A stretch of 64,000 bases of DNA from positions 4,302 to 68,301 of the IMG/VR virus record IMGVR_UViG_3300043777_000173. The stretch is one strand, 5' to 3'. Each line of letters opens with the position of its first letter. The first letter of the stretch is position 1. Shown piece by piece: positions 53,770 to 63,045 of the stretch. Source of the DNA: a virus. Both the position numbers and the translations under genes were made by a program. The notes below the pieces were generated by a model. It saw only the letters and a program-made list of their open reading frames with translations, was not told where the DNA came from and made no database searches.

Positions 53770-54504
53770 CTATCTCCGTGCTTGAAAGCCGTTCCGTGTC
53801 CATCGTTCAATACAGTTGACCAACGAGGTCATCCCCTGTCGAGGTTCCCCTTGGGTTCCCGGCGCTGTATTAACTTCAAGGACGTAGTATCGTCGATCAG
53901 CGCCCAAAATAACATCCACACCGCCGAAATCAAGATCAAGGGCAGCCACCGCGTTGATGGCCAAGCTCTTGAGCGCGGGAGCGAGGCCCTCGGGATCGAC
54001 AAATTGATATGCGAATCCATTCGCCCAATTCCAGACTTCCTTGTTCCGGCCTCGCCGTCCATATTTATTTGGGTATTCGAGTTTCTTTTCATAAGTCGCG
54101 AGATGCTTCTGGCGGAATACCCACACCCGAAATTCATTCTGCTTCGAAACGACCATCGTATAGTAGTCGCTCAGATGATCACCTCGGAGGAGCGGTCGAA
54201 CCCCATACGCGAAGATATCATTTCCCCTCGTGTGATGGAACTTCCTGCCAAATATCGGTGGCACCAGGTCCGCTGCACTGTGCGAGAACGGGACGGTCCG
54301 AACTCCAGCTTCGTCGAGTTTGACCAGCTCCTGATACTTGTCTTGCCGCCCGGCATTGGCATTCAAGGTGGGCAGCCCTCGCCCATCTCCTGCATACCCA
54401 TAATTCACAATGCCTTGAATTGGTCTCCCGAGGAGGCCTTTCTCACTAAGCATCTCTCTCAACAGTCGCCCCGTGGGGCCTGCAATCGCTCGAAGCTCCA
54501 ACAT
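53770..54504 (-). CDS. ATP-grasp ligase (RimK-like, phiEco32-type)
   Basis: EFRVWV, LDLDFGGVDVI, VLEVNTAPG. Confidence 0.88.
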   Translation of the reverse strand: MLELRAIAGPTGRLLREMLSEKGLLGRPIQGIVNYGYAGDGRGLPTLNANAGRQDKYQELVKLDEAGVRTVPFSHSAADLVPPIFGRKFHHTRGNDIFAYGVRPLLRGDHLSDYYTMVVSKQNEFRVWVFRQKHLATYEKKLEYPNKYGRRGRNKEVWNWANGFAYQFVDPEGLAPALKSLAINAVAALDLDFGGVDVILGADRRYYVLEVNTAPGTQGEPRQGMTSLVNCIERWTRNGFQARR

Positions 54505-54513
54505 CTTGCCTCC

Positions 54514-55491
54514 TTAACCCAACTTTGTCTTGCAAGTCGCGCATTTGTAGCGCGGCAAATCCTTTAACATCGCGGCGTTCACGCTGATGTACAGCCCGCA
54601 CGCCGGGTTCGGACATTTAACCACATCCACCGGACGATCATCATAGAACTTCACCCGGTTGCCATGATATTGCTGATGACACAGATAGGTTGCGGGCGTC
54701 CAATTAACGGCAATCCGCATCTCTTGGGTCCATTCAACGCGGCTTCCTGTCCAATCCACATTGTCATCGTGTTGTGGTTCTCCGAACAACCACGCAGAGT
54801 TGTCTGTCATCCCGATCATGTAATAGTCAATTGGGGACATTTCCCGCATGGTTATCCCCCATACTTGTCGCATTGGCCGGAGGGCCTTGTACAAAGGCCC
54901 CCTCTCACTGGAGAACATCAACCAGTCCGCAGTTGCGGCCAACTCGATTGGGTTGCCACTCCTTCCAAGGAGCAGCTTGCCCGGATACTTAGGACTCACG
55001 GCGGCAAACGCCGCATTCCCCGACAGGCGGCTCATCTTATTGATGGCCCCCCGACTGAACCCCTCTTTGTCCAGTATAGCTCTGAGAATATCGCTATCGG
55101 TCTCGGCCTTACGAGGCAGCTTCCACTCTGTAAAACCCCATTCATGATTTGAAATATGTCCATTGTGGACAAGCGCGGTCTCCCCCGCGAACATCGGATG
55201 GTTATTGGCAATAATCTTAGGGCTTCCAACTGTCGCCTTTCGGGTGTGACCCAAGACGGTCACCGAGTCTGGGCGGAGATACTCTTCCATGAACCTCTGA
55301 TATTCCCGACTCGCGAGGAATTGATAGGCCGTTACATCCTGTTTCAGGATGGCCACACTCCCGTCGGCTTGTTGAATGGCAATCCCGGCGGCCTCCAGGC
55401 CCCGGTTCTGATTGTTCAGGATCAACAAGTCAATCATGTCTCGTTCGATTGGCTTGGCCCCGAATCGGTGCACACCAGTGATTCCACACAT
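54514..55491 (-). CDS. class II glutamine amidotransferase
   Basis: N-terminal MCGI, RG..AAG, GHTRKAT.G, NNHP, HNGHI, ETDSD. Confidence 0.92.
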   Translation of the reverse strand: MCGITGVHRFGAKPIERDMIDLLILNNQNRGLEAAGIAIQQADGSVAILKQDVTAYQFLASREYQRFMEEYLRPDSVTVLGHTRKATVGSPKIIANNHPMFAGETALVHNGHISNHEWGFTEWKLPRKAETDSDILRAILDKEGFSRGAINKMSRLSGNAAFAAVSPKYPGKLLLGRSGNPIELAATADWLMFSSERGPLYKALRPMRQVWGITMREMSPIDYYMIGMTDNSAWLFGEPQHDDNVDWTGSRVEWTQEMRIAVNWTPATYLCHQQYHGNRVKFYDDRPVDVVKCPNPACGLYISVNAAMLKDLPRYKCATCKTKLG

Positions 55492-55492
55492 G

Positions 55493-57010
55493 TTATTCCC
55501 TCATTCCCTGCACTGGCATCGCCAGTATATCTCCGTACAAAATCTGTCCTTGAAACTTCGTCTTGGGTGATCGCTTCGCAAGCCCGGCTTTCCATTGGTC
55601 GTAGGAATCCGGCTTTACCTTCCCGACTTGCCAGAACGGAAACACAGTTTCCAACAACAATCTCCGGCATTCATGAAATGTAGCGGCCTCACGAGTCTTC
55701 TCTGAGGAGTAGATGATCCCCCCGTCTCCTCCCACAGTAACCTTGCCCCCACAAAACTTCTGCCATCCAACTGGCAGGGTCTTGGCCAAGTTACGCGGGA
55801 TCACGAAGTACAACCCTCGCGCCAAATCCCGATTGTTCCCCAACACATAATCAAAACTCTCGTGCCGGCAAACGTCCCATACCAACTCCCCAAGGCCCTT
55901 CGCTCCATGTGTATTCACATCATGGATGGCCATCACATAGCCATTCGGGGGATTGAGGGGATTCCAAGTCGGCTTAGGAACCCGGCTCCATAATATACTG
56001 TTCCCCGCCAAATACTCGAACATCTCCTCAATGTCTTCGCGATCCGGCTTGACGCTCTGTGGGATGCAGGTGATCTTCGTGGTGAAGGCCATCCCATCCC
56101 CGATTCCCCATCGCTTCTTGAAATCCCCGCCAGCATGAATCGGGAACTTCTTGGTGATCATCTTCAGCGCCAGTCGCGCGTCATCATCCACATCTTTGTA
56201 ATAAGCCAGAAGATTCTTGATCCTCTGGAAATGCCGGTCCACACTCGGCAATACCACATAGCCTTGTGTCAAGGCCGGATTCTGCACTACGAGCTTTGCA
56301 AGTGTAATGGTGAGGAAAGCCAACTCCGGGCTGTCGAGCCAACTGGGAAATGTCCGATATTCATAGCCATGCAACTGGAGTCGAATATCACCAGGCAATC
56401 CATAAGGATGATTGCGACCGTCGCCTTGTCTCCTCCGCATAACTTCTTTACAAGGATAGGCATTGACTGCCAACAGTTCATCTTCAAGGACATCAAGAGC
56501 TTTCACCTCCACGTCTCGCCCCGGTCGCTTCCTCCCAAAATGCACATGCCCGCCCACTCCATCCCCACAAATCCACGCCCCGGCACACCAGTCATACGCC
56601 AAGGTCTTGGGATATAGGATGGCCATCCATCGCAGGGCCGCTAGGATGCTCGCTGTGACGTTGAGGGCGCTCCGACTCGGATACGGGCGTATCTCGGTCA
56701 ACCGCCCGTTGTTGTCCATCCCGAAGGCCAAGCCCTGCTGCAACTGTAACAGACGGGCGTCCGTCCTCTCCCCACCATGACTGAAGACAAACTCCGGGTC
56801 GGCCCCCAGCTTGAACCTGTTCACATATCTCCGCTGCCCGCAAAACTCGGTCGGCAGTTCCAGCAGCCTGTTCAGCCACTTGTCAATCTTCGGGGCCGGG
56901 ACCGAGCACCCAAACGGCAGAGCCTGATTGAGTTGCTCCAACCTATAAATCCCCTGCTGGATCATCAGCCTCTTGAAAGCCTCGTGTTGTTCTTGATATT
57001 TCATGGACAA
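55493..57010 (-). CDS. phiEco32-like COOH-NH2 ligase type 2, paralog A
   Basis: LGADPEF, EIRP, GGHVHFG, YGLPGDIR, GYEYRTFPSWL. Confidence 0.88.
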   Translation of the reverse strand: MSMKYQEQHEAFKRLMIQQGIYRLEQLNQALPFGCSVPAPKIDKWLNRLLELPTEFCGQRRYVNRFKLGADPEFVFSHGGERTDARLLQLQQGLAFGMDNNGRLTEIRPYPSRSALNVTASILAALRWMAILYPKTLAYDWCAGAWICGDGVGGHVHFGRKRPGRDVEVKALDVLEDELLAVNAYPCKEVMRRRQGDGRNHPYGLPGDIRLQLHGYEYRTFPSWLDSPELAFLTITLAKLVVQNPALTQGYVVLPSVDRHFQRIKNLLAYYKDVDDDARLALKMITKKFPIHAGGDFKKRWGIGDGMAFTTKITCIPQSVKPDREDIEEMFEYLAGNSILWSRVPKPTWNPLNPPNGYVMAIHDVNTHGAKGLGELVWDVCRHESFDYVLGNNRDLARGLYFVIPRNLAKTLPVGWQKFCGGKVTVGGDGGIIYSSEKTREAATFHECRRLLLETVFPFWQVGKVKPDSYDQWKAGLAKRSPKTKFQGQILYGDILAMPVQGMRE

Positions 57011-57140
57011 ACCACGCCGTAGTCACATGACAGACAGCCAACTATACCGCCCTTTAAACTGGCCTTCTTAGTATACTTCCGACCGCAATTCGGGCACATG
57101 ATTGACACCATCTCCGGCACCACCCGCCTCGGAAGATGAT

Positions 57141-57689
57141 TCAAATCAATTGCTTCCACGGGTTTTCTTTTCTTAGCCACGCTCGATAGCTCCTCAAGTT
57201 CTCAATACCCGCCGCATCATCCATCTTCTCCCACGGGGAGTGGATGAAAAACCGATGGTTCTCATGCTCGATCAGCTTGTCAAACAGCGGCGTTCGCCAC
57301 GGATCAAAGAAGTCCTCGACCAGCTTCGACCACGGCGCATAGAAATATGACGGGCCGGGACTGTAATATTGGATCATCAACGCGCTTCGCGGCGTTGCGT
57401 GATGTGCAAACCTAAACACCCCAAGCTGGTCATACTCGCTAACCTTCACGCTCCCCTGCAACCCACAAAACCGCTTGATCTTTGGAATCAACAAGGGGTT
57501 TGGCTTACCATCATAAGCCCAAACCGTCATATAGTCCGCGAATAGCTGCCCGTCCTTCTTCGGGAGTCGTATTTGGACTTCGATCCTCCACCTCGTAGGC
57601 TCCCGCCCCGGAAATGGCTTGACCCGCTTCCTGTTGGCATTCACGGTCCAGAATGCCGGGTCTTTCGAGATTTGATTCAAGGACTTCAA
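57141..57689 (-). CDS. hypothetical protein
   Basis: fills the operon; starts right after motif copy 13. Confidence 0.5.
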   Translation of the reverse strand: MKSLNQISKDPAFWTVNANRKRVKPFPGREPTRWRIEVQIRLPKKDGQLFADYMTVWAYDGKPNPLLIPKIKRFCGLQGSVKVSEYDQLGVFRFAHHATPRSALMIQYYSPGPSYFYAPWSKLVEDFFDPWRTPLFDKLIEHENHRFFIHSPWEKMDDAAGIENLRSYRAWLRKENPWKQLI

Positions 57690-57692
57690 GGT

Positions 57693-57715
57693 CTAACCCC
57701 GTTCTTTGCGAGGAG
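57693..57715 (+). repeat. dispersed 23-bp motif copy 13
   Basis: CTAACCCCGTTCTTTGCGAGGAG. Confidence 0.95.
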
Positions 57716-57716
57716 A

Positions 57717-58193
57717 TTAAAACGAAATTCGCATCCACAAGTACACCATTTTGCCTTCCTTGTAATACCAGGACGCTTTTACAAATCCGTTATTTTCAAG
57801 CAGCTTAATCTCGCGCGCATTCGTTGAAAGCGTTGTAGCCAAGACGATGTTATAGCCAATCTCATTCGCCGCCTTTAGTCGAATTTGCAATAGCTCTTTT
57901 CCTAGTCCTATACCGCGAAATTCCGGTTCCACTACAGCATGATGAAAGACACAGATCGCTTTACAACCCGGAAGAGGCAATATCCCGAATTTAGCCACCT
58001 GTTCATAGCCACTGGTAGTATCCCACTTCCAGAGGGTATAGTCGCCTGTGTACGGAGTGCGTCGAAGGAATATCCGCCCGAGTTGCCGCCATACAAGCAG
58101 AGTCGGGTGTATACTTCCGAGCAGATGTTTTTCAAGGGCGACCCGACTCGCGCGGACTCGTTCTTCCGGTACATTGATTCCAAGTATTGGCAT
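57717..58193 (-). CDS. GNAT family acetyltransferase
   Basis: VVEPEFRGIGLGKELL motif A; N...IKLLENNGF motif B. Confidence 0.85.
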   Translation of the reverse strand: MPILGINVPEERVRASRVALEKHLLGSIHPTLLVWRQLGRIFLRRTPYTGDYTLWKWDTTSGYEQVAKFGILPLPGCKAICVFHHAVVEPEFRGIGLGKELLQIRLKAANEIGYNIVLATTLSTNAREIKLLENNGFVKASWYYKEGKMVYLWMRISF

Positions 58194-58976
58194 TTAACAG
58201 TCTCCGCAATAAGCCTGACTCTCTGCTCTCCTGTTATGTATATCCTCGTGGCCCTTCTGGTCCACGAACATCGAACACATCATGCACCAGGCCCTCTCGG
58301 TCATCTTCTCCCCGAGGGTCACAATGGCCTTCTCATTGCTCTTGACCCTCGCGAGGAACTCCGCTTTTTTCTTCTGGAGCATCAGCTCGGTTTCGAGGGC
58401 CACCCACCGGGTTCCCACATCAAATTTCCATGCTCGCTCGCAAGCGGGCAGCTCGCAAATTGGCACGCCCCACTTATCATGATTGAATCTGTTCTTCTTA
58501 CAAATGATGCACTCCCGGCAATTCAGGAGCATCTGCTTGTAGGCATTGGTCAGCCGCACGGAGCATTGATTCCCGTCCAGCACATACCTCGAATCCGCGA
58601 AATGCAATGTCCGGTCTCTTGTGTTCCCATAAACACTCTGCCTACAGCACCGGCACATGGCAAACGCCATGCTCTGCTCCTCGACGCCAATCCAATACCG
58701 ATATTCCTCCTGGCCTAGATTCCCCTTGGGGATCGAAAACTTGGCCTCTACATGCCACCCGCCCGGCGAATACCCATAACGCGGAACACACTGGTAGTGA
58801 TAAAAATCCCCTCTCGTATATTGGCCCTTGACTTGCTTACATCCAAGGAGGACCTCTCTAATCACGGCCTTCGAGCAAGTCGGACAGATTCCGGCCACGT
58901 CTTGAGGCTCCTCCCTCTTGGGAAGGCGGATGCCTCCGGGCATTGCCAATCGGCGGAGCATGTAGGGCGGTATCAT
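58194..58976 (-). CDS. Cys-rich multi-Zn-finger protein
   Basis: CPTC, CRCC, CIIC, CELPAC, CMMC. Confidence 0.6.
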   Translation of the reverse strand: MIPPYMLRRLAMPGGIRLPKREEPQDVAGICPTCSKAVIREVLLGCKQVKGQYTRGDFYHYQCVPRYGYSPGGWHVEAKFSIPKGNLGQEEYRYWIGVEEQSMAFAMCRCCRQSVYGNTRDRTLHFADSRYVLDGNQCSVRLTNAYKQMLLNCRECIICKKNRFNHDKWGVPICELPACERAWKFDVGTRWVALETELMLQKKKAEFLARVKSNEKAIVTLGEKMTERAWCMMCSMFVDQKGHEDIHNRRAESQAYCGDC

Positions 58977-59305
58977 CGAGGCCTCTTAAACTCTTTGCTT
59001 CCATACAAATAGAGCGTGTTACCTTCTTTGTTACCCCAATCTGCCATATCTAGGTGCCCCTTGAAGGTTGCCAGCAGCTTGTATCCCTTGCTCAACAACG
59101 CCTTCTTTTGTTTCTCAAATCCCTCTTCAGACTCGCCAATCACTGTCATCGTGACGGTGTTGTATCGCCCTCTGCACCCATTCCGGGGTTTCATCGTGTC
59201 GAACTTCGAGGCATCGCGTCGAGAAAACGCATCATCAAAACCCAGACAGTCGATCTCTCCGATCAATCGCACCGCGCAACATCCCGGCATTTCTAGTACA
59301 CGCAC
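58973..59305 (-). CDS. degenerate GNAT-like protein
   Basis: MPGCC...LLSKGYKLLA...LYLYG; RBS from motif copy 14. Confidence 0.55.
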   Translation of the reverse strand: MRVLEMPGCCAVRLIGEIDCLGFDDAFSRRDASKFDTMKPRNGCRGRYNTVTMTVIGESEEGFEKQKKALLSKGYKLLATFKGHLDMADWGNKEGNTLYLYGSKEFKRPR

Positions 59306-59310
59306 AAACC

Positions 59311-59333
59311 CTCCCCGCCTAAAACGGGGTTAG
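59311..59333 (-). repeat. dispersed 23-bp motif copy 14
   Basis: CTCCCCGCCTAAAACGGGGTTAG. Confidence 0.85.
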
Positions 59334-59336
59334 CTG

Positions 59337-59410
59337 GCTCCTTCCCTCCGAGCCTTGCGGCCCGGAGGATTTTATCGGCGGAGGTCGGCTGTTTCCGACT
59401 CGCCGGGAGC
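59337..59410 (-). ncRNA. candidate structured RNA (three-way junction)
   Basis: closing GCTCC/GGAGC; stem CCTCCG/CGGAGG with a GCAA tetraloop on the - strand; stem CGGCG..GTCGG/CCGAC..CGCCG. Confidence 0.45.
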
Positions 59411-59668
59411 TGTATGCAAAGTTGAGCTTATCGAGCGCACCGGGCCAACCGGGATTGATCATTCCCCGACTGGCTCGGGCCTTGCATCGCGGCATGGCCA
59501 GACTAATCTGGGCTAGCCTTATTTCGCTCTAGGCCCTTAATCGGTTCGGCATTAAACAGCCTCTGTCGGCGTTTCGCTCGCACATTGGCTACGCAGACGC
59601 ACACAGCGCCTGGCTTCCCCAAGGGACTATGAGGACGTTGGTGCTGTCCTCTCCTCCTGCCCGACCAT

Positions 59669-59971
59669 TCAGTCGTGCAAGACCAAAATGTGGACTCGCC
59701 CTTGTACGCCAAGATACGAAGCGATCTCCATGAACCCAGCGGCCTTCAAGGTCGCGATGTTGTGTGGATCAACGCTCGTTGCTAGGATGCACCGCTTCCC
59801 GTTTTCGACCAGCTCCCGCTGTCCATCTCGGCCCACTGCGTAGCGGGGCTTTGTCTTGGTGGCGATCAATTTCTTGATCTCGTCAACAGTTACTGTGGAT
59901 TGTTCGCCATGTTCCCCGAACATTCCCAGAACCGCCGTGGTGCAACAAAAGGGCATATTCTCGATGTGCAT
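59669..59971 (-). CDS. degenerate GNAT-like protein
   Basis: MPFCC...ILATS...LKAAGF.EIA...VHIL. Confidence 0.55.
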   Translation of the reverse strand: MHIENMPFCCTTAVLGMFGEHGEQSTVTVDEIKKLIATKTKPRYAVGRDGQRELVENGKRCILATSVDPHNIATLKAAGFMEIASYLGVQGRVHILVLHD

Positions 59972-60337
59972 TTACTTCTCCTCACTTGGAAGTGTAAATC
60001 CGATCCCATACAGGCGCATCTTGTAATCTCCGTGCGCCCCTTTCTGTGTTCCTAAAAGCTTGAAGCCCAGCTCTACGAGGGCTTTTTCGTCGGCGGCATT
60101 CTCTTTAATGGAGCAGATAGTCGCCGTAAAGTACTGTCCTTTGTAACCATCTCCTTGACCGTGTTTCTGTTTTAACAGGGCCTTGAGTGAATTTCCGCCG
60201 CTCGGATATGCAGCGAAGCCTCCCACCCCACCAATCGACTGCAAATGACATCCACAAGGCTCGGTGGTTGTCATAGTTGAAACCTTCGCCTCCCGGTCAA
60301 TCACCAAAGGCGGCATCTTCTTGCCCGCATAGGCCAT
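59972..60337 (-). CDS. degenerate GNAT-like protein
   Basis: EPCGC...FTATI...LVELGFKLLG...MRLYG; likely start ATG 60337. Confidence 0.5.
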   Translation of the reverse strand: MAYAGKKMPPLVIDREAKVSTMTTTEPCGCHLQSIGGVGGFAAYPSGGNSLKALLKQKHGQGDGYKGQYFTATICSIKENAADEKALVELGFKLLGTQKGAHGDYKMRLYGIGFTLPSEEK

Positions 60338-60429
60338 CTTAGAATCCCCTCCGGGCCATAAACAACGGCTCTGGCCCCCAATGATGCTCGGGCAGTGGTA
60401 GTTCTCTATGCGACTCGTCCAGGAGTTTC

Positions 60430-60648
60430 TTAGCCTTCTCCCCGAGTCTCTTGAACACCTCGTTCTGATCTGCATCGTCCATGCTTCCCTCCAATCACGG
60501 CAGCCACTCGGCTAAGGAGGACCTCAATTACATCCAATCGAGTCCCGTCTGCTTGACGCAGGAATCCTTTGTTAAGCTGATCAATTTGATACTGAGCATC
60601 CTCAAGGCATCTCTGGATGGTGCGCCGAGATTTCTTAGAGAGCTTCAT
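60430..60648 (-). CDS. hypothetical protein
   Basis: ORF in the - strand operon. Confidence 0.4.
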   Translation of the reverse strand: MKLSKKSRRTIQRCLEDAQYQIDQLNKGFLRQADGTRLDVIEVLLSRVAAVIGGKHGRCRSERGVQETRGEG

Positions 60649-61216
60649 AGATTGTGACCTTCACCCAAGAACGACGAACAACTTCAGCTCGTGCTTTAGC
60701 TTCTTTGAATGTTTTGTACTCTTCCCACGAAATAACATCTTCAAGGTCTTCCTGTCTATATTGAATCCTCAATGCAAACATAACTTACTCCTCCTCGCCT
60801 CGCTCCGCCATCGCCGAACGCCAGAGACTCTCGTCTCCGACTGCGTTTGCAAATCTTTGCCTCATCCCTGATCCACTTCCTTGCCAGACCTTGTATCTTA
60901 GTTTAGATTCCGGGAGGCCCAGAACAGATCGTGCTTACCAGCCAGTATCAGAACCCGAAGGTATATCCACCGGCAAAATATAAACCGCCCGGCGGCTCCT
61001 TTTCAGGAGTTGTTCCACAAGACGGCTGTCCCTGCCTCGCCCCTAGAGGGTACAAGTTTTCCGACACCTCCGCTAACCCAGGATAAAAGACATCTGCCCA
61101 GAATCGGCCCCGCATTCGCTTCCGCACAACGGGGTGGCCCTTGGAGCCGCAATTCCCTGCAAATGCCATTAACAAAGCCCGTTTCGCTCGTTTGAACGAA
61201 GCGAAGCGAGGAGAAC

Positions 61217-61657
61217 TCATTCCCAAGCGCCATCCGGATCGTAAATCGACCCATCGCCCAGCATAAATGCGCCCGGTCCAATGCCTCTATGTGCTAGCCG
61301 AGATTTCAACTCCTCCATCTGATCTCGACGCTCTTGAGAGCTGGCTTCTGTGATGTTCCTGACCACCTGACAAATAACTGGCACCGGCCTGTAACCACCC
61401 ACAGTCGGCGGCTGCTTGTGCAGCTTAACCAAGTTATTCAAGCAGGACTCCAACCCACAATACCTGATGATTGGTCGCTGCTTTGGGGGCCAGAACTTCG
61501 TAGCCGGTCTCCCACAACTCTTGCATCTCACTGAGGGCACATATCCCCTGCCCCAACACAATGCACACCCCACGAGTGCATGGTGGATGATCGAATAGTC
61601 CACCCCGGTGCCTCGACATTGTGGGCAGGAGGCAATTGGCTCAATGAACGTGATCAC
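61217..61657 (-). CDS. DnaJ-type Zn-finger-like protein
   Basis: CPQCRGTG and CALCWGRG (CxxCxGxG). Confidence 0.6.
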   Translation of the reverse strand: MITFIEPIASCPQCRGTGVDYSIIHHALVGCALCWGRGYVPSVRCKSCGRPATKFWPPKQRPIIRYCGLESCLNNLVKLHKQPPTVGGYRPVPVICQVVRNITEASSQERRDQMEELKSRLAHRGIGPGAFMLGDGSIYDPDGAWE

Positions 61658-63045
61658 TTGGTTCCCTCAGTCAGACTCCTCCAACTGTCTCCCGTTCCTC
61701 GGCAATGATACTTCCACGCCTCGGGGTTATTGATCTTCCAATTCCCTTCAATATCAAACGGGTCCTTGATTGCAACTCCAATTCCGTTCATGATGGTCTT
61801 TAGTGAGAGGGCGCACATCTTATCATGTAAGAGAAAGAGCGGGTTGAATGTCCCCTTCAACATTCCACTCAACACCGCCGCATTCCTGCGCAGAATGTTC
61901 CTTGCCCCCTCTACATCACAATTGTTGATTACTTCTCGTGTCTCGTCTTCTCGGGCGACCCAGCAGAGATTGAACAATCCGCTTTCACTGAGTCGGACGC
62001 ACGATCTCGCAAGTTCGAAAACAAGCATCGCCACAGCGGGATGTGAGAGCCAAAAGTTCGAGAGGACTCGATATTCGATGCCGTGTGAAGGAAGCCTAAA
62101 CTCTCCCGCGCGACCATAAGTATGCCTTCGTTCGGGGTTATCAATCCCCGCCGCAAGGCTGACTCCAATAACGCCCAATACTGCGTCGAGGCCTCGAACA
62201 ATTTGCTCAATTCCCGGAGCCGTAAACGTTCGCGTGAATCCAACATGGATATGCCCCCCGGCACATCGCCATTTGTATTCTCTGGCATTTGGCACCCCAT
62301 CTCCCGGATCATTGTACACATTGTAGCTTCGTGAACAGCGGAATTGGATGAACTTGTCGTCGGCGGTTTTGAGTGCGGTCTCTGGTAGCTCCACTACATT
62401 GCGAAGCGTCAGCTTCGCTAGCGGGTCCTTGGCCCTCGCAAATGCGAGCACACTCTTGAGTCCCTCTCTGGTCCCATGATGCAGGGTTTCAAGACAGCTC
62501 TTGGCAAACGGGGCAAACTCGGCCTGCGCCCCATCCCAATAGGCGGGCACTCGTTGCGGGCATTGGCAACTGGCATAATCATCCCATTTCGCCCCGGTAT
62601 CCACGAAGTCTCTGTTAAGGTGCTCTTTGTAATCAAAAGATTGCGTTTTCCATTCCTTGGCGCTGTTCCTTGCATCCTCCTCGCTCGGCATATACTCCCA
62701 AGCAGGAAAAACCTCGCCATTCCCCTTCAGCACAAACACCTCGGGATCACATCCACAGCTCATGCCAAGACTCGGGAGGACCAATTTCTGTGTTACAAAG
62801 GCCTGAATCGTGGACTTCGTAAGAACCTCGTCGTCCACAACCTTCAGCTTGTGATCCTCATCCCAACTCGGAAAGGCTGTTAGCGTCCCATCCTCTTTCC
62901 TGTATTGCGTGTGAATGTGTTTCTTATCACTCGCATACTGAAGGCCAAGTATCACTGCGGTCTCGGCCTCGCGAGATGCAAAGTCCTTCGGCAATTCAAT
63001 TACACTGCCGGGGCAAATATCTTTGAGGCTGCATAGCTTGTGCAT
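61654..63045 (-). CDS. phiEco32-like COOH-NH2 ligase type 2, paralog C
   Basis: CGCDPEVF, DGAQAEF, AGGHIHVG, ERR..YGRAGEFR, GIEYRVLSNFWL; likely start ATG 63045. Confidence 0.88.
   Translation of the reverse strand: MHKLCSLKDICPGSVIELPKDFASREAETAVILGLQYASDKKHIHTQYRKEDGTLTAFPSWDEDHKLKVVDDEVLTKSTIQAFVTQKLVLPSLGMSCGCDPEVFVLKGNGEVFPAWEYMPSEEDARNSAKEWKTQSFDYKEHLNRDFVDTGAKWDDYASCQCPQRVPAYWDGAQAEFAPFAKSCLETLHHGTREGLKSVLAFARAKDPLAKLTLRNVVELPETALKTADDKFIQFRCSRSYNVYNDPGDGVPNAREYKWRCAGGHIHVGFTRTFTAPGIEQIVRGLDAVLGVIGVSLAAGIDNPERRHTYGRAGEFRLPSHGIEYRVLSNFWLSHPAVAMLVFELARSCVRLSESGLFNLCWVAREDETREVINNCDVEGARNILRRNAAVLSGMLKGTFNPLFLLHDKMCALSLKTIMNGIGVAIKDPFDIEGNWKINNPEAWKYHCRGTGDSWRSLTEGTK

Noticed and set aside
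1760-59333. 23-bp motif as a CRISPR array or solitary CRISPR repeat
   Set aside because: Copies are hundreds to thousands of bp apart, in both orientations and inside genes, with no cas genes; the resemblance to type I-E repeats is limited to CCCCG...CG(A/G)GG.
60901-60932. GAATCTAAAC on the - strand (and GTATCTAATC at 50725) as extra ECF promoters
   Set aside because: No GTAAY -35 at the 16-bp spacing.
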